The notes beneath the pieces were generated by a model that saw only the letters and a list, made by a program, of their open reading frames with translations, had not been told where the DNA came from and did no database searches. A DNA stretch of 32,104 nt from contig JACRFN010000080.1 in assembly GCA_016217875.1 (NCBI GenBank), positions 1 to 32,104 on the forward strand, given 5' to 3'. How positions within the stretch are numbered: position 1 is the stretch's first letter; every line of letters begins with the position of its first letter. This DNA is from Candidatus Kerfeldbacteria bacterium (GTDB taxonomy: Bacteria > Patescibacteriota > Patescibacteriia > Veblenbacterales > UBA10138). Position numbers and translations under genes: made by a program. This document shows positions 31,367 to 32,104 of the stretch, in pieces.

Positions 31367-32104
31367 TTAAAGCTTTCTGATTACTCCTTTATTGGCGTCA
31401 ATCTCAACCATATCACCATCGCACAACGATGATATTAGATTCTTCACCCCCACCACACATGGTTTATTCAACTCGCGCGCCACGATGGCGGCATGGCTGG
31501 TTAAGCCGCCAGTTTCGGTCAGTATGGCCTTAGCCTGGCGCATGATGGGTAAATAATTAACGTTAGTAAATGGTGCCACCAAAATAGTACCTTTTTTAAA
31601 CTTTGGTATGTGTGAAATGTTGAGAATAATTGAAGCCTGGCCCACTACCTTACCAGGCGAAGCCGGCAAACCTTTTAACGATTTACTGACCATGTCTTTC
31701 AACAACGACAAATATTTTTTACCACCAGGCGATATTTGTCCATCAGTCATTAAATAAACGGCTGACTTGTCCCGCTGGGGCCAATTATCTATTTTATTTC
31801 CGGCTAATAAGCCAATTATTTCTGTCGGCCTCAATTGATAAATCTTTCTAAGCTGACTAAGACTATAACGCGGATACCGCCAAGCAATTAACCGCCTAAT
31901 AAATATGTTAACTTTATTAATCACTTCTTTTTTACGTTCATTATACAAGTACATCAGCTGATGAATATTTTTAATTTCCCGACGTAAACCCACCGGCAGC
32001 GCGGTGGTTATCTTGTTTATCTCACTTATTCGGCGGTGCGCTGCTTGCAACTGAGAACGATATTCATCCAACTCGCCTTTAATTTCCTTCAGCTGGGCTG
32101 TTAA
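31367..32104 (-). CDS. Phosphohistidine swivel domain protein, paralog A (5' end beyond the right window edge)
   Basis: The frame is open from 32104: ...LTAQLKEIKGELDEYRSQ precedes the track's TTG at 32071. C-terminus GLPASPGKVVGQASII...GTILVAPFTNVNYLPIMRQAKAILTETGGLTSHAAIVARELNKPCVVGVKNLI..GDMVEIDANKG. YLYNERKKEV aligns with the WWQDxRK motif of B-E. Confidence 0.8.
   Translation of the reverse strand, partial: LTAQLKEIKGELDEYRSQLQAAHRRISEINKITTALPVGLRREIKNIHQLMYLYNERKKEVINKVNIFIRRLIAWRYPRYSLSQLRKIYQLRPTEIIGLLAGNKIDNWPQRDKSAVYLMTDGQISPGGKKYLSLLKDMVSKSLKGLPASPGKVVGQASIILNISHIPKFKKGTILVAPFTNVNYLPIMRQAKAILTETGGLTSHAAIVARELNKPCVVGVKNLISSLCDGDMVEIDANKGVIRKL

Noticed and set aside
15946-32104. 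Reading the cluster as ordinary ppsA/ppdK genes or as a PTS Enzyme I system
   Set aside because: No PEP/pyruvate-binding TIM-barrel domain, HPr or EII components are visible. The ATP-grasp and swivel domains are on separate polypeptides and in a 1:7 ratio.
19226-32104. Paralog array as a diversity-generating retroelement target or a phase-variable cassette system
   Set aside because: I see no reverse transcriptase, template/variable repeat pair, invertase, or inverted repeats flanking the genes. Divergence is spread over the whole N-domain, as in old duplications.
1-32104. Search for CRISPR arrays, tRNA/rRNA genes, transposases/integrases and long direct or inverted repeats
   Set aside because: No regularly spaced direct repeats were found. 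The only intergenic regions at or above tRNA length (~75 nt), 15498-15608, 16891-16991, 18297-18372 and 26242-26336, show no cloverleaf-compatible sequence. No CDS has recombinase or transposase motifs.

Overview
This is a gene-dense 32.1-kb window with 35 supportable CDS, 34 of them on the minus strand. I found no rRNA, tRNA, CRISPR array, transposase or integrase. Gene content and layout fit a small-genome fermentative bacterium, possibly Patescibacteria/CPR-like; that placement is inference only. Left half (1-15.9 kb): a recJ 5' fragment; a 2-oxoacid:ferredoxin oxidoreductase pair (korA/korB) split by an AT-richer EEP nuclease/phosphatase gene; a PRTase-LOG-PRTase trio; ackA, pduL and a PfkB kinase; then a redox/Fe-S block (ArsR-like regulator, CDGSH protein, Rrf2 regulator, Mn-type SOD, sufCBDSU). 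Right half (15.9-32.1 kb) is the unusual part. It has one stand-alone PEP-synthase-type ATP-grasp domain (PPDK_N only, 314 aa). It also has seven paralogous proteins (A-G) that join a shared but divergent N-terminal domain of about 330-400 aa, which I cannot assign to a family, to a C-terminal PEP-utilising-enzyme phosphohistidine swivel domain. All seven keep the carrier His, and no PEP/pyruvate TIM-barrel domain occurs anywhere in the window. Interleaved with the paralogs are two PTA/PTB-like paralogs, a ParB/Srx-fold (SerK-like) protein, a possible histidine-phosphatase-like protein, a HAD-like protein and an M29-like peptidase. My leading hypothesis is a split water-dikinase battery in the style of rifampin phosphotransferase or phenylphosphate synthase: one ATP-grasp charger serving many acceptor modules. 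Other observations: two related perfect palindromes bracketing the ArsR-like gene; a 34-nt near-identical 3' end shared by two otherwise diverged paralogs; an AT-rich block inside the paralog array; and pervasive translational coupling. All family calls come from motif recognition by eye; no database search was run.
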